The notes: a model not told the origin generated them from the letters alone. A DNA stretch of 64,000 bases from Sphagnum compactum (GCA_965153455.1 OZ234493.1:10840213-10904212), one strand, 5' to 3'. Positions 50,990 through 64,000 are shown, counted from the stretch's first letter. A program made the numbers and translations.

Positions 50990-53504
50990 TTCACCATCTT
51001 AGAAGTGGTGAAAGCAATGGGCATCCCTCACAATGATTGCTCTCCCAACAATTTTTTTTTGATATGAACTTCATGGAAGTGTGTCAGCCACCACAAACCC
51101 ATGGAATTTTTTATGATGCAGAGTGGTGGTGTACCAAGATTTGTGCTGATCAGATGAAATGCAATAGCCGGTATCTCACAATGGTGATACCAATGGAACA
51201 CCTTTTTTTCTTCTTGCTCCACACCATGCAGCACACATTTCATGGCATTTCTGGCACATACCTGCATCATGCACCAACCTTGATAATCTCTCTCCAATCC
51301 TGCATGGATCTCAATGATCTGAGGGTGGTTTTGATCGCTTACTACAAATTTATGCACTTCACTATTCACTTTAATCCAGGTGCAAACTGGGTGTTTCTGC
51401 ACACTTCTTTTCCTTTCTGTCATTGAACATTCTCACTGAGATTCCAGTTGCCATCAGCAGCATATATGTTTGATAGCAGTACATAGCCTGCAGCATTTTC
51501 AGAATCCAGTTCAAGCACCTGTTGAGCAGCATGTTCTCCCATCTCCACATTATCATGAATTCTGCAAGCACTGAGCAAAGCCCTCCACACATCTGCATTT
51601 GGTTTGCAGGGCATTCCCTTGATCATATTTTCTGCCTCCTGTAGATGGCCAGCACGGCCAAGAAGGTCAACCATGCAGGCATAGTGCTCCACTTTTGCAG
51701 AAATCATGTAAGTTTCACTCATGGAACCATAAAGGCGCATTCCTTCATCAACCAGACCTGCATGGCTACAGGCTGATAGAATACAAACAAACGTGACATC
51801 ATCTGGCACTACACCTTCTTCACACATCTGTTTGAAGTGTTCAAGAGCTTTGTTGCCATGCCCATGCATGGCAAATCCTGCAAGTATGGAATTCCAAGAG
51901 ATCACATCTTGTGAGGGCATCTTGTTGAACACTTTGCAAAAGCATCATCCATGCTGCCACATTTTGCATACATGTCAATCACACTATTCCCCACAAAGAC
52001 ATCAGACTCACAACCATTTTCAATAATCTGCTCATGAACCTGCCTGCCCTCTTCAAGAGCAACAACACTGGCACAAGCATTCAGTACCCTGATGAAAGTC
52101 ACAGGACCTGGCTGCACACACCTTCCTGCTGCATTTTTCGAAATAGTTCCAATGCCTCGTACCCTTGTCCACATTTCACATGTCCAAATATCATAGCATT
52201 CCAAGTAACAAGATCCCATGTTGGCATCTTATTGAACACTCTGCAAGCATTATGCATGCTCCCACAATTTGCATACATGTCCACCAGGCTACTCCCCAAA
52301 AAGACATCTGAATCCCACCCACATTGCATGACAAGCTCATGAGCACACATGCCCTCGTCAAGTGCAACTACACTAGCACACACATTCACCACCCCCACTA
52401 AAGTGATGGGATCCAGCTCCACACCTTCCTGTTGCATTTGTTGAAATAGATCCAGTGCCTTCTGCCCTTGCCCACATTTCACATATCCCGATATCATGGC
52501 ATTCCAAGATACAACATTTCGTGAGGGCATCTTGTCAAACACTCTCCAAGCCTCATCCATGCTCCTACATTTTGCACACATGTCAACCAGGCTACTCCCC
52601 ACAAAGACATCCGAATCCCGACTGTTTTGAATGATCTGCATATGAACACACCTGCCCTCTTCAAGAGCCAGTATACTAGCACATGCATTCAGCACCCCAA
52701 CGAAAGTGACAGGGTCTGGCCGCACACCTTCTTCCTGCTGTTGCATTTGATGAAACAATTCCAGTGCCTTCCTCCCTTGCCCTCATCTCACATGCCCGAA
52801 TATCATTGCATTCCAAGTGACTACATTTCGAGGTGGCATCTTGTTGAAAGCTCTCCATGCATCCTCCATGCTTCCATATTTTGCATACATGTCAACCAAG
52901 CTACTCCCCACAAAGACATTCACCTCACAACCACTTGCAACAATCTGCTCGTGAGCTCGCTTGCCATCTTCGACGGATCTTGAACTAGCACATAAATTGA
53001 GCACCAAAACAAAAGTGCAGCTGTTAGGGTTTGCTCCTCCTTCAAGCTGCATTTGTTGGAAAAGCTCCATTACCTTCTCATGCTGCCCAGCCTTGACATA
53101 CCTTGCAAGCCTTGTGTTCCACGAAAAACTGTCCAATTGTACAGTCCCTGGTACCATTGTAGCCAACTTTGCTGCCACCCATGGAGGGTTCCGGTTGTCG
53201 TCAAGCCAGAGTCCATCTCCTGTGGTTTAATGCTTGAAATCCGGGTACCTCAAGTTCACCTTCTCAGAGCCTACCATCCCACCACTGCAAAGGATTCGAA
53301 AAGAAATGCCAGCCAAAGACTTTCTCTCTGGCTGGCTGCTACTGCTGCTGTTGCCGCCGGTCCAACCTCTCCACCCAGAGAACAAGAGGCTAGGGTTCTA
53401 CGGCCAAGACTCGTTATAAGTCGTAAGCAGCACGACTCCAGGTCGAGTGTATGGCGCACTCTCATCCCCATTAAGAATCGAAGATGCTGCAACAGCAAAA
53501 GCAT
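50990..53504 (-). pseudogene. Intronless PLS-class E/DYW pentatricopeptide-repeat (RNA-editing factor type) pseudogene
   Basis: Repeated VFVGSSLVDMYAKCGS and VVSWNAMI motifs, then HYACMVDLLGRAG, YVLLSNIYA, TWIKVNSEVHKFVV and IIVRDAHCFHHF. Lesions: frameshift ~53330, stop ~53228, TGA 52785-52783, frameshifts ~52115 and ~51935, TGA 51422-51420, and more in DYW. The CxxC motif reads CGG* and the terminal DYW tripeptide is lost. Confidence 0.92.
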
Positions 53505-53822
53505 TGAAGGAGTTGCAAAAACAGGAGTTGCATGAAGTTCAAGACCGGAAGCCTATCAATATAAGTCCTAAGCAGCACAGGGAACTGTAGGATCTGCAGG
53601 ATCTGTATCGACGCTGCATGACAGGGACAGAGTTCTTGTTCTCATGGGGATGCGGAAAACCCATCAAAGATGTTGAGATCAACTCCATGGAGAAATTATA
53701 ATTCCATCGCAAAGTAGAATTCGCAATGGAGAGAAATATCAGTGCCTCCTTTTCTCCTCGACCTTCTTCGTTTTGTCGCGTAATCATCGGTCTCAATACG
53801 GAGTGGGGCTGCGAGTGTGGTC

Positions 53823-53852
53823 AGGGTTTTAGGGTTTAAACCCCTAAACCCT
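53823..53852. promoter_or_regulatory. Inverted pair of telo-box/telomere-like tracts upstream of the PPR pseudogene
   Basis: AGGGTTTTAGGGTTT-AAACCCCTAAACCCT is a near-perfect palindrome at the GC-to-AT boundary. Confidence 0.45.
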
Positions 53853-54059
53853 AAGTTTTTTTTTCCAAGTTTTTTTTATTTTAGCTATTTGTGTTTCATG
53901 TATTTAACATTTTTGGAACTATGGGATAATTGATATTAAAAAAAAAATTAAAAATTACATATATATATATATATACGTATATGTAGACTTTTTTGGTACA
54001 TAAAACATGGTAAGTTTTTTTTTCATTCTCTATGTTTGTGTGCATTGGGAGTGGATGAA

Positions 54060-56650
54060 TTCATAAACGAGTTAAATTTCATAAACAAAAAGGATATTAA
54101 ATTTCCTCATTGATTACTAGCTTGTAATAAGTCAATTGTGGGAATGGGAGGTGGGTCTTGAAAAGGGGGGAGTTTAGAGGTAGCTAAACCTATTGCTATT
54201 TCTTGAGTTAAGATGGAAAATGTTTGTATCTTTTGGAGGGTAATGGAAATTATTTGACCCAAAAAAAAACCAAAACAAAAGTGGATAGCCTGCAAGCCAT
54301 TTCATACCCCAAGTTACATTGCCATAGTCATGTACAAAGATTTTTACTTGTTTTTGCAAACAATCAAAAACCTTGATTATCAAAAGGAGGAATTGATTTT
54401 ATGGGTGCTAATCATACTAATTTCTCTTTTACATGTGTTGCTTTTGAGCCAATGAAACCTTGAGTAGAACGCATCATAAACTTGCCCCATTCATGTATAT
54501 GTGTTTTTACAACACTTTAACAATGTGTTCAAAATTAAACGTTAACAAAGTGTTAGTACAATCATTGATATGATGTTGGGGTGACATTGTAACACATTAT
54601 AATGATTGATCAACATTTCACTAACACTTAAACCATGTTTGCCAACATCATGACATGGGTCTTTTTTCCATTGCCTTCAGAAATGTGGCACAAACACTAT
54701 TGTTAAAGTGTTGTAGAAGCACATATAAATGAATGGGGCAAGTTTGTGATGCATGATTAGGGATGCAAGTTTGAGCATGTAAGATTACTTATGACAACAT
54801 GCACTAAGGTGCAAATCCTGTCCTTTGAAAAGACCATGTCAAGCCGTCAATGAAAGGAGTTGGGATTGATTAAATGAAGCACATGTAATTGTTCATATCC
54901 CATGTGAAAGCTGATTTTTCAAACAATGTATGCAAACATGTGGCGTACTACATCACGTGTCCTTGTACGTTCATTGTCATGGGCACATAAATTCCCATCA
55001 AAGGTCAATGGGTTAGGTGCAAACACATTGAGGAAAACATGCAATCAAAGGATGGGGAAGTTTGAACCAAATCCAAAACATTGTGGAAAATTTCATAAAA
55101 GGTTATTGAAACATGGGATGACATGTGTTGTAAGCCATGTGCTTGCCCCAAGGCCGAAATATGACAAAATGTGAGTTTGATGTGCATTAAACATTTCTTC
55201 AAAAATCATGGTAAAAAAGGTGTGATGGGGTAAGTGTTTCAAGATGAAATCTTGAAACTGATCTATTTGTTGGCCTATAGGTTATTCAAATGGATGAAGG
55301 CATACGTGTTGAAGGTGGTAAAGGTTGTTGGTCACTTTCAAGTATTGTTGGAAAAGGAAAGTGTCATCATCAACCCAAACTAGGGATTCAAAAAGGATGG
55401 GATGTTGTTCAATTATAAATAAGCATTGGTTAATGTAATGAGAGTTCAACTTCCCCAATAGGTTGTTGGAACAATGGTACCTCCTAAAAGAAGTTCAATC
55501 ACTCCAAAGGAAATTGGGAAGGAAACATATTTGTAGGCTAGAATCCATTCAAATTATTGAGTTACCTTAGGCCCAAAAGGCACACAAAAAGTTGAAAAAG
55601 GATTGCCCAAATGGGAGGGGGTAGACAACAAATAAGGTAGGATGGGCATTACACAAGACAATTGGTTAAAATCCCATAGGTGACTTGAACATCCGTTAGC
55701 TTAAGGAATAAATCCACTTGTTGACCATTTTCTAGCAAAACATTTTCAATAAAAGATGAAAGGAATGATGGCGAAGCCATGAGAATTCCTTAAACTTTAA
55801 TACCATATAATGGGTTGATAAACAAGGAAGGAGGGACAAAGTCGACAATTAAACCAAATGGGGACCCTGCAACACATTTGTGAGATTGTATAGATAACCC
55901 TTTTGCACATAGTTCAATTTTTTAAGTACTTAAATTCAAATGAAATGACAAAAAACCTAAAATATGTGTGTTATCTACAATGGTTAGAAATATGTATGAA
56001 GGAAATCAATTGATCATGGATCATAAGGCCTTGAAATGTGTTAGGGCAAACAATGGCTAACCTAATGGATCACATTACAAAATACCCATGATTGGTGGGA
56101 TGACATTAACATCCCCATCTTGATTACAATGGCTATAATATAAAGGAGAGTTAAAAGCATAAAATGCATGAACAAAGGGGATGAATTGAATGATGTCACC
56201 TTTTGCAACATGAAATTTTGAAACATGACCCTTCTTGAAATATAGTTAAAGGTGTTTGCCACATCCATAATTTGAAAGATGACCCAAGTAAGGTGCAATT
56301 CAAGAGTGCACCTAATGTCATGGAGGACTTATTTTGCACCTACCTTTTGTGGCCATTCCAAATTGATGAGAAAAAAAGGCTTCACAAAATTGAAAGTTAG
56401 TATGATTGACAAGTTAACTTTTCCCTTACATGGGCAAATCCCACCAAGGTTTGGCCATGACTAAAAGGTGAACCATTTTGAGAACAATGTGCAATGTGTT
56501 AGGGGATGCAACCTTGAGCCATGTGGGAACATAGTTGAAACAATTGTGGGAAGTCAAAATCTTCAAAAATAAAACAATTTCAAAGGAGTTAAACACCATT
56601 TTAGAACGACCATTAGTAGACAAATGAGGCATGTGATTGAAAATTGATTT
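54060..56650 (-). mobile_element. Decayed 5'-truncated non-LTR retrotransposon (CRE-like; RT, Cys/His knuckle and restriction-like endonuclease)
   Basis: RT remnants FQIMDVANTFNYISR (~56270), DPLG.PLFALTHF (~56060), FLTIVDNTHILG (~55970). LPHP..PQCVC..PID..CAHDNERTRTRDVVR (~55050-54950). RLDMVFSKDRICTLVHVV (~54840). C-terminal SITLQKIQ..ILTQEIAIGLATSKLPP (~54240-54170). Confidence 0.8.
54471..54752. mobile_element. MITE (~282 bp) with ~58-bp terminal inverted repeats, nested in the non-LTR element
   Basis: GCATCATAAACTTGCCCCATTCATGTATATGTGTTTTTACAACACTTTAACAAT versus the reverse complement of 54692-54752, GCATCACAAACTTGCCCCATTCATTTATATGTGCTTCTACAACACTTTAACAAT. Confidence 0.85.
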
Positions 56651-57249
56651 AAAAAAATCAAAGGAAAATTCAAGATTTTAATCTAGTTCATAATTTTTCA
56701 CACATATAAAAAAGAAACCATTTGAATTCATATGAAGGGTTGTAATAGCCGATATGGTGTTGGTAGATGTGAGGGCAAAAATAAAGGTGTTAATGCACAT
56801 GACATGTGAATATCCCTTGTACACTTAAAGACCAAACTCTAATGAAGGTGTTCATGTTAGAACCAAGTGATGAAGATAAACTTATTGCTAAAGCTTGGAC
56901 CTACAAGAATACTCGAGTATTTTTCCAATCCCTCACAAAGAAACATTTAAACCTAATCTATTGGAAGAAATTTGGGGATATGCAACCATATTATTTGCGA
57001 CTATATGCGACAATGTGACGTTTGCAACTATTTTTTCAACTATTTACCAACATCACCAAATTTTGGGAAGGTTTGCGACTATATTGCAACTAATGTGTGA
57101 CTATTATCTTTTTCATTATCTTATGTGAATCCTTCTAAAATGATATTCATCTGTGAATAAGCCCCCATGGCCTATTAATTGCATGTGTAATCAAAATTTA
57201 GTCACAAATTGATATACAATGTGTATTATGGGCATCATAAGCATACATG

Positions 57250-58130
57250 TTTGGTGCAAAACTTGGTTAAACATGAAATTTAGGTTAAACTTGGCAAAAT
57301 TTGGTTGAACATAACTATTTAGGTTAAACATGGCAAAATTTTGCAAAATTTGACAAAACATATCTATTTAAGTTAAACTTGGCAAAACTTGGTAAAATTT
57401 GGTTATTTAAGTTAAACTTGGTTAGATTTGGCGAAACTTGGCAAAATTTGGCAAAGTTTACATTAATTTAGGGTATTAAAGCAAAACTTGGCAAAACTTG
57501 GTTAAACATGGCTACTTAAGTTAAACCTAACTAAACTTGGCAAAACTTGGATGAATTAGGCTAAATTAAGGTATTGTTGCTAAACATGGTTACTTAGGTT
57601 AAACTTGGTCAAATTTGGCAAAACTTAAATAAATAAAGTTAAACTAGGGTATTGAGGTTAAACATGGTTAAACATGGTTAAACATGGTTAAATTTGGATA
57701 AGTTAAATTAAACTAAGGTATTGAAGCAAAATTTGGCTAAACTTGGTTTAAAATTGCTACTTAATTTTAAATTGGTTAGATTTGGCAAAACTTGGAGAAA
57801 TTAAACAAAATTAGGGTATTGATGTTATATATGGCTAAACATGATTATTTTAAAATTAAACTTGGTTAGATTTGTTAAGTTTTAATATGTTAGGCTAAAA
57901 TATGGTATTGATGTTAAACTTGGTTAAATTTGGCTAAAGATGGCTACTTAAGTTAAAGTTGAATACACTTGGCAAAACATGACAAAACATGGCTAAACAG
58001 AACCACTTAAGCTAAATTTGGCTAAACTTGAATTAATTTTGGTTAAATTTGCTTCAATTTGGTTAATTTGATTTTTTTAAATGATTAAAATTGGTTAAAC
58101 CAAGTTAAATTAAGTTATTTATATTTCTCT
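57250..58130. repeat. Satellite-like array of ~10-bp units (TTGGCAAAAC / TTGGTTAAAC / ATGGTTAAAC)
   Basis: Dozens of units are visible. The array lies within a TTGCAACTA/GCGACTA-motif-rich region (~56960-59760) resembling a decayed non-autonomous CACTA element. Confidence 0.85.
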
Positions 58131-58962
58131 AAGTTAAAATTAGGATAATGAAACTAAAATAAATTAGTCTAAATCAGTTTAAACTATATTAAATTATGTT
58201 AAATTGGGTTGCATTAGACTAAACTATATTATTTAAGCTAAAGTAAGTTAAATTGTGTTAAAATAGGTCAATTTAGGTTATGGTAAACTAAATAATACTA
58301 GTTAAACATTTGTTTGTCCATTTCAAACTAAATTGAATTTGGTTATATTAATTCAAATTCAAATATTGTTTTAATACGAATACAATAGTTGTGTAGTCAT
58401 ATTTTTTAGTCATAATTACTTTTAATCTTAATTATAATCATATGTATAGTCATGTAATCATAATTTTGACCATAGTCATTAAATGATAACGACTAAAGGA
58501 CACATATGATTATATGACTATGTTTGGACATTAGTCACAAGATGCCCTAATCATAAAAATCACATTTTAGTGTTGTGATTGATTGATATCACATATTAAA
58601 TAAATTATAATTATCAGTTAAATAATTATTCATTAATTAACTAGTTATCCATTTAATATAAATTTAAGAAATAAGTAGTTGAAATTTTATATTCAAGAAT
58701 TATAATTAATAAACTAAAATGATTTACTAATCAATTTTTATGAAATAATAAATAAATTGTGATTTTTCATTAAATAGTTCATCATTAATTAAATATAAAT
58801 AATTAGTTAAATAATTACTTATTTGTATGTATTAATTAATATTAATTATTGATGGATTTATACTTTTAATTAATATTTGATGCCATTATTACTTATTATT
58901 ATTAACAGGTGGATAGGAAATTAATGAATTAACTAATTAATGAATGAATTCTCTACTTATGG

Positions 58963-59090
58963 AGTTGACACAATTGAAAGGGAAACCAAATTGTATGGGA
59001 TAAAAAATTTAGTCACAACCTAATTGCAAACTATTTGCAACTAAATTTTTTATCCCATATTGTTTGGCTCCCTTTTCAAGTGTGTCAATT
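58963..59090. repeat. Inverted repeat / hairpin with ~50-bp arms
   Basis: TTGACACAATTGAAAGGGAAACCAAATTGTATGGGATAAAAAATTTAGT pairs imperfectly with ACTAAATTTTTTATCCCATATTGTTTGGCTCCCTTTTCAAGTGTGTCAA. Confidence 0.85.
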
Positions 59091-62000
59091 ATATAACTAA
59101 ATGTAGTATAAACGTTAAAATACAAAAGATTTGTCAAATGGGATGAGCCAATTGAAGAAGCATAACCCTAATTGGTTAAATCTCAAATAAAATAAAATAA
59201 AATTTAAAAAGTTTGAATATTTACCTAGCTACGTACTTCAATCTACTACTTACTTTGGCTTATTTACCTACCTACCTACCTACATAGGCCTATTTACCTA
59301 CCTATCCTAGGCTTCCTCACCTACCCACATAATTTTATTTTAAATGTTTCAAAATCATAAATAGGTGGCAAAACTATTTGTCCATGTGTATGAATCAAAG
59401 ACTTTTAAAAAAAAACGATTGAGATTAAAATTTTGATAATAAATTTGATTTATTTAATATTCTTTGAATATGCCATGTGACAACATGACATTGGTCATTA
59501 GAAATTGGTCACTAGTTGCATGATAATCACATGATAATGGCACATGTTATACGATTAATAAATAAAAAGTACAGTAAACACAAATACATATTTCATCCAT
59601 TGTCTATGTGATGACATCATCATAACATCAACATTTGCAACTAATGTCACATGCAACTTGTCCAATGCAATTACAAGTCATTTTAATTACAAATGTTGTT
59701 TGCAACTAAAAATTAATTGCAAACTAAATTTGAAAATATGTAGATTTCTTTTAATGATCCAAGTTTTCTTATGTTTTACTACTTTTCCCCAAGGGGGTAA
59801 TGTCAAACATCATCGTTGTAACAATAAAAATAAATGACATGTCGCCATGTCAAAGGGGTCAAATGCCAACCTATTTAACATTTGAAATCCTTGTTGAACT
59901 TTTCATTAGAGGGTAGTGAGGATTAAAAAATATAATTGAAGATGTTAGAGACCTAAATGAAAGGCCCCAAGGATATCTATGGTTGAAACCCAAGCTCGAA
60001 CTTATGAAAGTGGGGATGGGGTGGGTAGGTACTAAGATTGAAATCTAGAACTTGACACCAACACTCATGTCATTCATTTATTATGATCCATCTAAATCCA
60101 CATGACATTGATGCTTCACTTCGAAGGTTTTTTTTTGCTTCAAAGCCCCACCCCACCTCACCTCACCTTTAAGCAATTGCATCATCGTACCCCACCTTTG
60201 AGTTGCAATTCACACCTCCAAGCAACTTGACCCATCATCATTGCATGCCATTAATGTCACACATTAACCATCGCATCTCCAATGGCAACATGTAAGTAAA
60301 AACTTTTACGAAAGGTTGTCAATTTCTTGTTTATCATTTCTTGTGTTCTTGTGCAACAATAAACTTCTAAGGCTCATTGCACTTTTTAAATTTGTTTTAC
60401 TTTACTTAGGTGTTAACAAGCTTGTTGGTGGGTTTTTGGTATTTGATGGGTGCCAAGGAGCCATTGTCACCCAACCTTTGGCAAGCTTTCAAATCATTCT
60501 TGGGCATTAGCAAGCTCCTTGAAGCTTGTTGGTGTTTTTTTTGTTCATGGGTGGCAACGGCTTCAATGCTAGGATAGATGCATGATGAATGAACTTGACT
60601 CATTTATTGAAAACAAAAATCCATTCTATAATGCTAAATTTGAAATTGAATATGGTATCATCAGTTCAATGATAATAATGCCCATGTATCAAAACTAATA
60701 AAGTCCATATGAATGAAAGCCCAAATAGGCACCTCAACAATAGTGGCTTTGCTGAAAAGAAATCAAAAACAAAAGAAAATTAAAACTACTTGAAATTTAT
60801 GAAAGTAAGGGCCAATTTTGATTATATATTGAAAGTCTAATACAATGAGATGGTTAAAGGTTTCAAAATTAAGATTTTGAAATATGAATTCTTTAAATCA
60901 CAACAAATGACATATTTAGTCTAAATCATTTGGGTTGAAATTTTATGTGAAAATAAAAAAATTATAAAATGTCAATTAATTCACAACAATCCATTTTTTT
61001 TAATTTCAAAAGTCCATAGTGAAAAGTAGATGTATTTTTTCCTTTAAAATTATCATACATATGTTTTCATAATCAAATTGTTAATTTAAACCAAGTCCCA
61101 ACCGAAAAATATACAAATATATGTTTCATTAATAAAGATTGAAACAAGATCATGGGTATTAGGAAATCCAAAAAAGTGTCAAAGAAATGATTCACTCGTT
61201 CATGGATCTACTAATGATAAGGAACTTGTAATTAATTATTGTTGTCATTTCATTTTTTTTAAAATAAAAATTCAAATTGGTAGAATTAAATCTTGTCATC
61301 ATTGTTTTTTTTTTTTTTTTTTTTTTTTTTTGGTGCATGCACATGGGCAATGACCAATAATTTAACAAGGATCTTCATCATTTTTTGTTTGTTGTTTTAG
61401 CTCTTTAAATTGTTTTTTTTTTTTTTTTTTGTTGTTGTTGTTGTTATTCTTGAGGTTTTGTTTGTGTATTTGCCTTTTGTGAACACCTTTGAGCTTTGTG
61501 TCATGCCCAAGTATATCCCACCCCCTTCTCTATTTGCTGCAAGTGGGTGATAAATTAAAAAAAATTCATACCCCTTTCTCTTCATTGTGTTTTAAAATTT
61601 TGTTATTTAAAAAAAAAAAAAACCTTTTGTACTTTGTTTAGTTGTAGGTGGTGAAAGCATTGAAGCCTTTGGGCTAAGGTTTAGGCAATACTTGCAATTA
61701 CATGAAATAATCATCAATATATTTTGTTTTATTTTAACATTTTTTATTTTGATATTCTAGTTCATACATTAAATGGTTCAAAATGGAGGTAGAAATTTGG
61801 GACCAACATCCAAAAATTGCAATACCCACATTTGGGGCTAACAATTTATTGTCATTAAGGGGTTTGAATTATTAAAATAATTATTGGTGGGTTCTTTGCA
61901 ATATTTGCATAATTTTGTTGGTCAACATTAACTATGTGCAAGTGCTAGGCATGTACAAGGCTTGCCACAAGGTATTGAAGTCATTTAAAAAATATCATAA

Positions 62001-64000
62001 TATAAAAAAATAAATTAAGTGTCATATGTGTGCCCAGTCCCTAACTTCTCATACTCTTTAAGGGCTCACTTTCATCTTTTAAAAATCAACCCATTCTGTG
62101 TCAAAGATCCTTTTGATTGCATTATATTTGCAATATAAGAATGTCTTTCCTTTTTTGATCATTATAACATTAGAGTTATTGACAATTGGTACTTCTTACT
62201 GAAAATTTTGAAATTGAAAGAGATTGGGTCTTTGAATTATGTACAACATCCCAATTTGGATATTTCAAAAAATTTGACATTTAAACAAAATTGTGTATAA
62301 AATGTGTGTTCTGAATCCTAATATAGTAGTAATAACTCTCTTCATACATACTATGGAACAAGCCTGTTTCACCCAAGAATGTGATGAGTTTGAAGGGTGA
62401 GTTCTTGATCTCTTAGGTGACAATGGGCTCTTCCAAAGGCCTCTTGCAAAATGTAATTGATTTTTAAAGCCAATGATTTGTATTTCAATCATGTTAAGGG
62501 TTGATTTTAAAAAAAGAAAGAAAACTAACCTTGATAATACAAAAGGTGGAGCCAACAAAGGGCTGCAACAAAGGAAAAATGCCTTTAAAAGTGCCTGAAT
62601 TTTGGATCCCTCAGCTGCTTGGCTAGTTCTTATATGGGAGAGTGTGTAAGTTAATACACACCCATTTATTAGTCTATGGAATACTTTGGGCAAATTAGTT
62701 GGAATTTTTCTTTTGTTGGTATCAGTTTTCATGGGTACCAAAGTAATATAGTTCCCATGAAAATTTCACTTTGCCAATTTTCTTCCCCCATTATGTGCAA
62801 AGTAAATTATTTGCAAATGTTTTTATCATTTTCATGTGAATTCAATATGCATGTTGCATGCACACAAAACCCAAATTCCATGTACCACATACATGAGAAC
62901 AATCAAGCATGAAGTTCGCACGCCCATACTAATAATCAATATATTTATAATGGGATTCACAATATTTTTCCCAACAATTTTTTTTCTTTTCTTTAATCAA
63001 AACATTGGGAAATTTTTGAAAGTTTTCTTTTGCCCACTGTAAATTCCTCTATTTTTTTTCTCAAAATTTGAAAAAATATGCCAAATATTTGATATTAAAA
63101 AATTGAAAAAAAAACCCCAAGAATGGGAGAGATCATTAGACACAATCAATCATCAAAGGGTGAAAATTTCCCTTGAGCTCACATGAAAAAAATGAACATT
63201 GATTGCAATGTGATATATTGAGAATGATTGGTAGTGTGATTGAGATTGCCATCACCCTAGGGCTTTACCCTAAGTGTATCTTGAGATGTACATTGTTGCA
63301 TGTTGCTACATGTAACAAGCATGTTTTGTCATGTATTGTAGTTCATAATTATCCGTTGTGTTGAGTGGCCACAACATGGCAACAAGCATCAATCTTTGCT
63401 TGCTATTAGGAATTTCCTTGCAATTTATATTGCAAAGGTAAACATTAGGATTTTGGTTAAGTTTAATTGGAACAAAATTGAAATTAGGATTTAAAAAAAA
63501 AAGAAGCATACCTGGAACCATATCACAAGTTCCATTTTTGTGTGGAATTGGAACTGAAACTAAAGCCGTTCTAAATTCTAATATATTTTTTAGAATTGGA
63601 ACTCGATGTTTTTTCATAAAAGTCAAGAATTGCCCAACATTAGTAATTTCCCAAGTATGCAAGCTGGGGGTGATTTATTCTTGACAAGGCATCATACATT
63701 AATAAAATGACCATGACCCAAAACTCCTTAATACCATAAAAAATCAAGATGACAATTCCATCACAAAGGTATTACGCATTTGTTAGGCAACCTTCAAACA
63801 CTCTCTCACAAGTCCCCCTAATGGAAATAACTAATTGTATAAAGCACCAAATGAACTAATTCAAAGATTGGGTTTGAAGTTTCTCTTTCATTTGGAGAGT
63901 TGAAAAAAGGTTGAATGGAGTCCTTATCATGTAAACCATTGAATTCGAATCTAGATAGTAAAAGTATTGATGTGTGTTTGTTTGTGCCTTTTCATGTCCA

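Noticed and set aside
59950..60610. Coding-like block including ORF 60406-60603
   Set aside because: Probably a decayed repeat or gene fragment, but no family could be recognised.

Overview
Eukaryotic nuclear DNA from a land plant. The intron/exon style, CAG/CAA/GAA microsatellite-rich UTRs, AT-rich repeat-laden spacers and the PPR and non-LTR families point to a moss, probably Sphagnum (inference). Five apparently intact genes can be reconstructed: an RLCK-V-type receptor-like kinase (-), a WRC zinc-finger protein with a putative HARE-HTH-like winged helix (-), a JINGUBANG-like WD40 protein (+), a GT31 beta-1,3-galactosyltransferase (+) and, tail-to-tail with it, a prolyl 4-hydroxylase with an intron-free CDS (-). 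Decayed material includes a PLS-E-DYW PPR pseudogene, a CRE-like non-LTR retrotransposon with a nested MITE, a decayed ORF of roughly 470 codons of unknown type, and a mosaic of intron-containing gene fragments (one MAP65 exon, five consecutive AGO1 exons, further unidentified exons). There are also four copies of a structured ~300-bp SINE-like element (one flanked by a 15-bp direct repeat), hairpin elements and several minisatellites. No rRNA, tRNA or CRISPR array was seen. All gene models and homologies come from manual reading and motif recognition, not from database searches.
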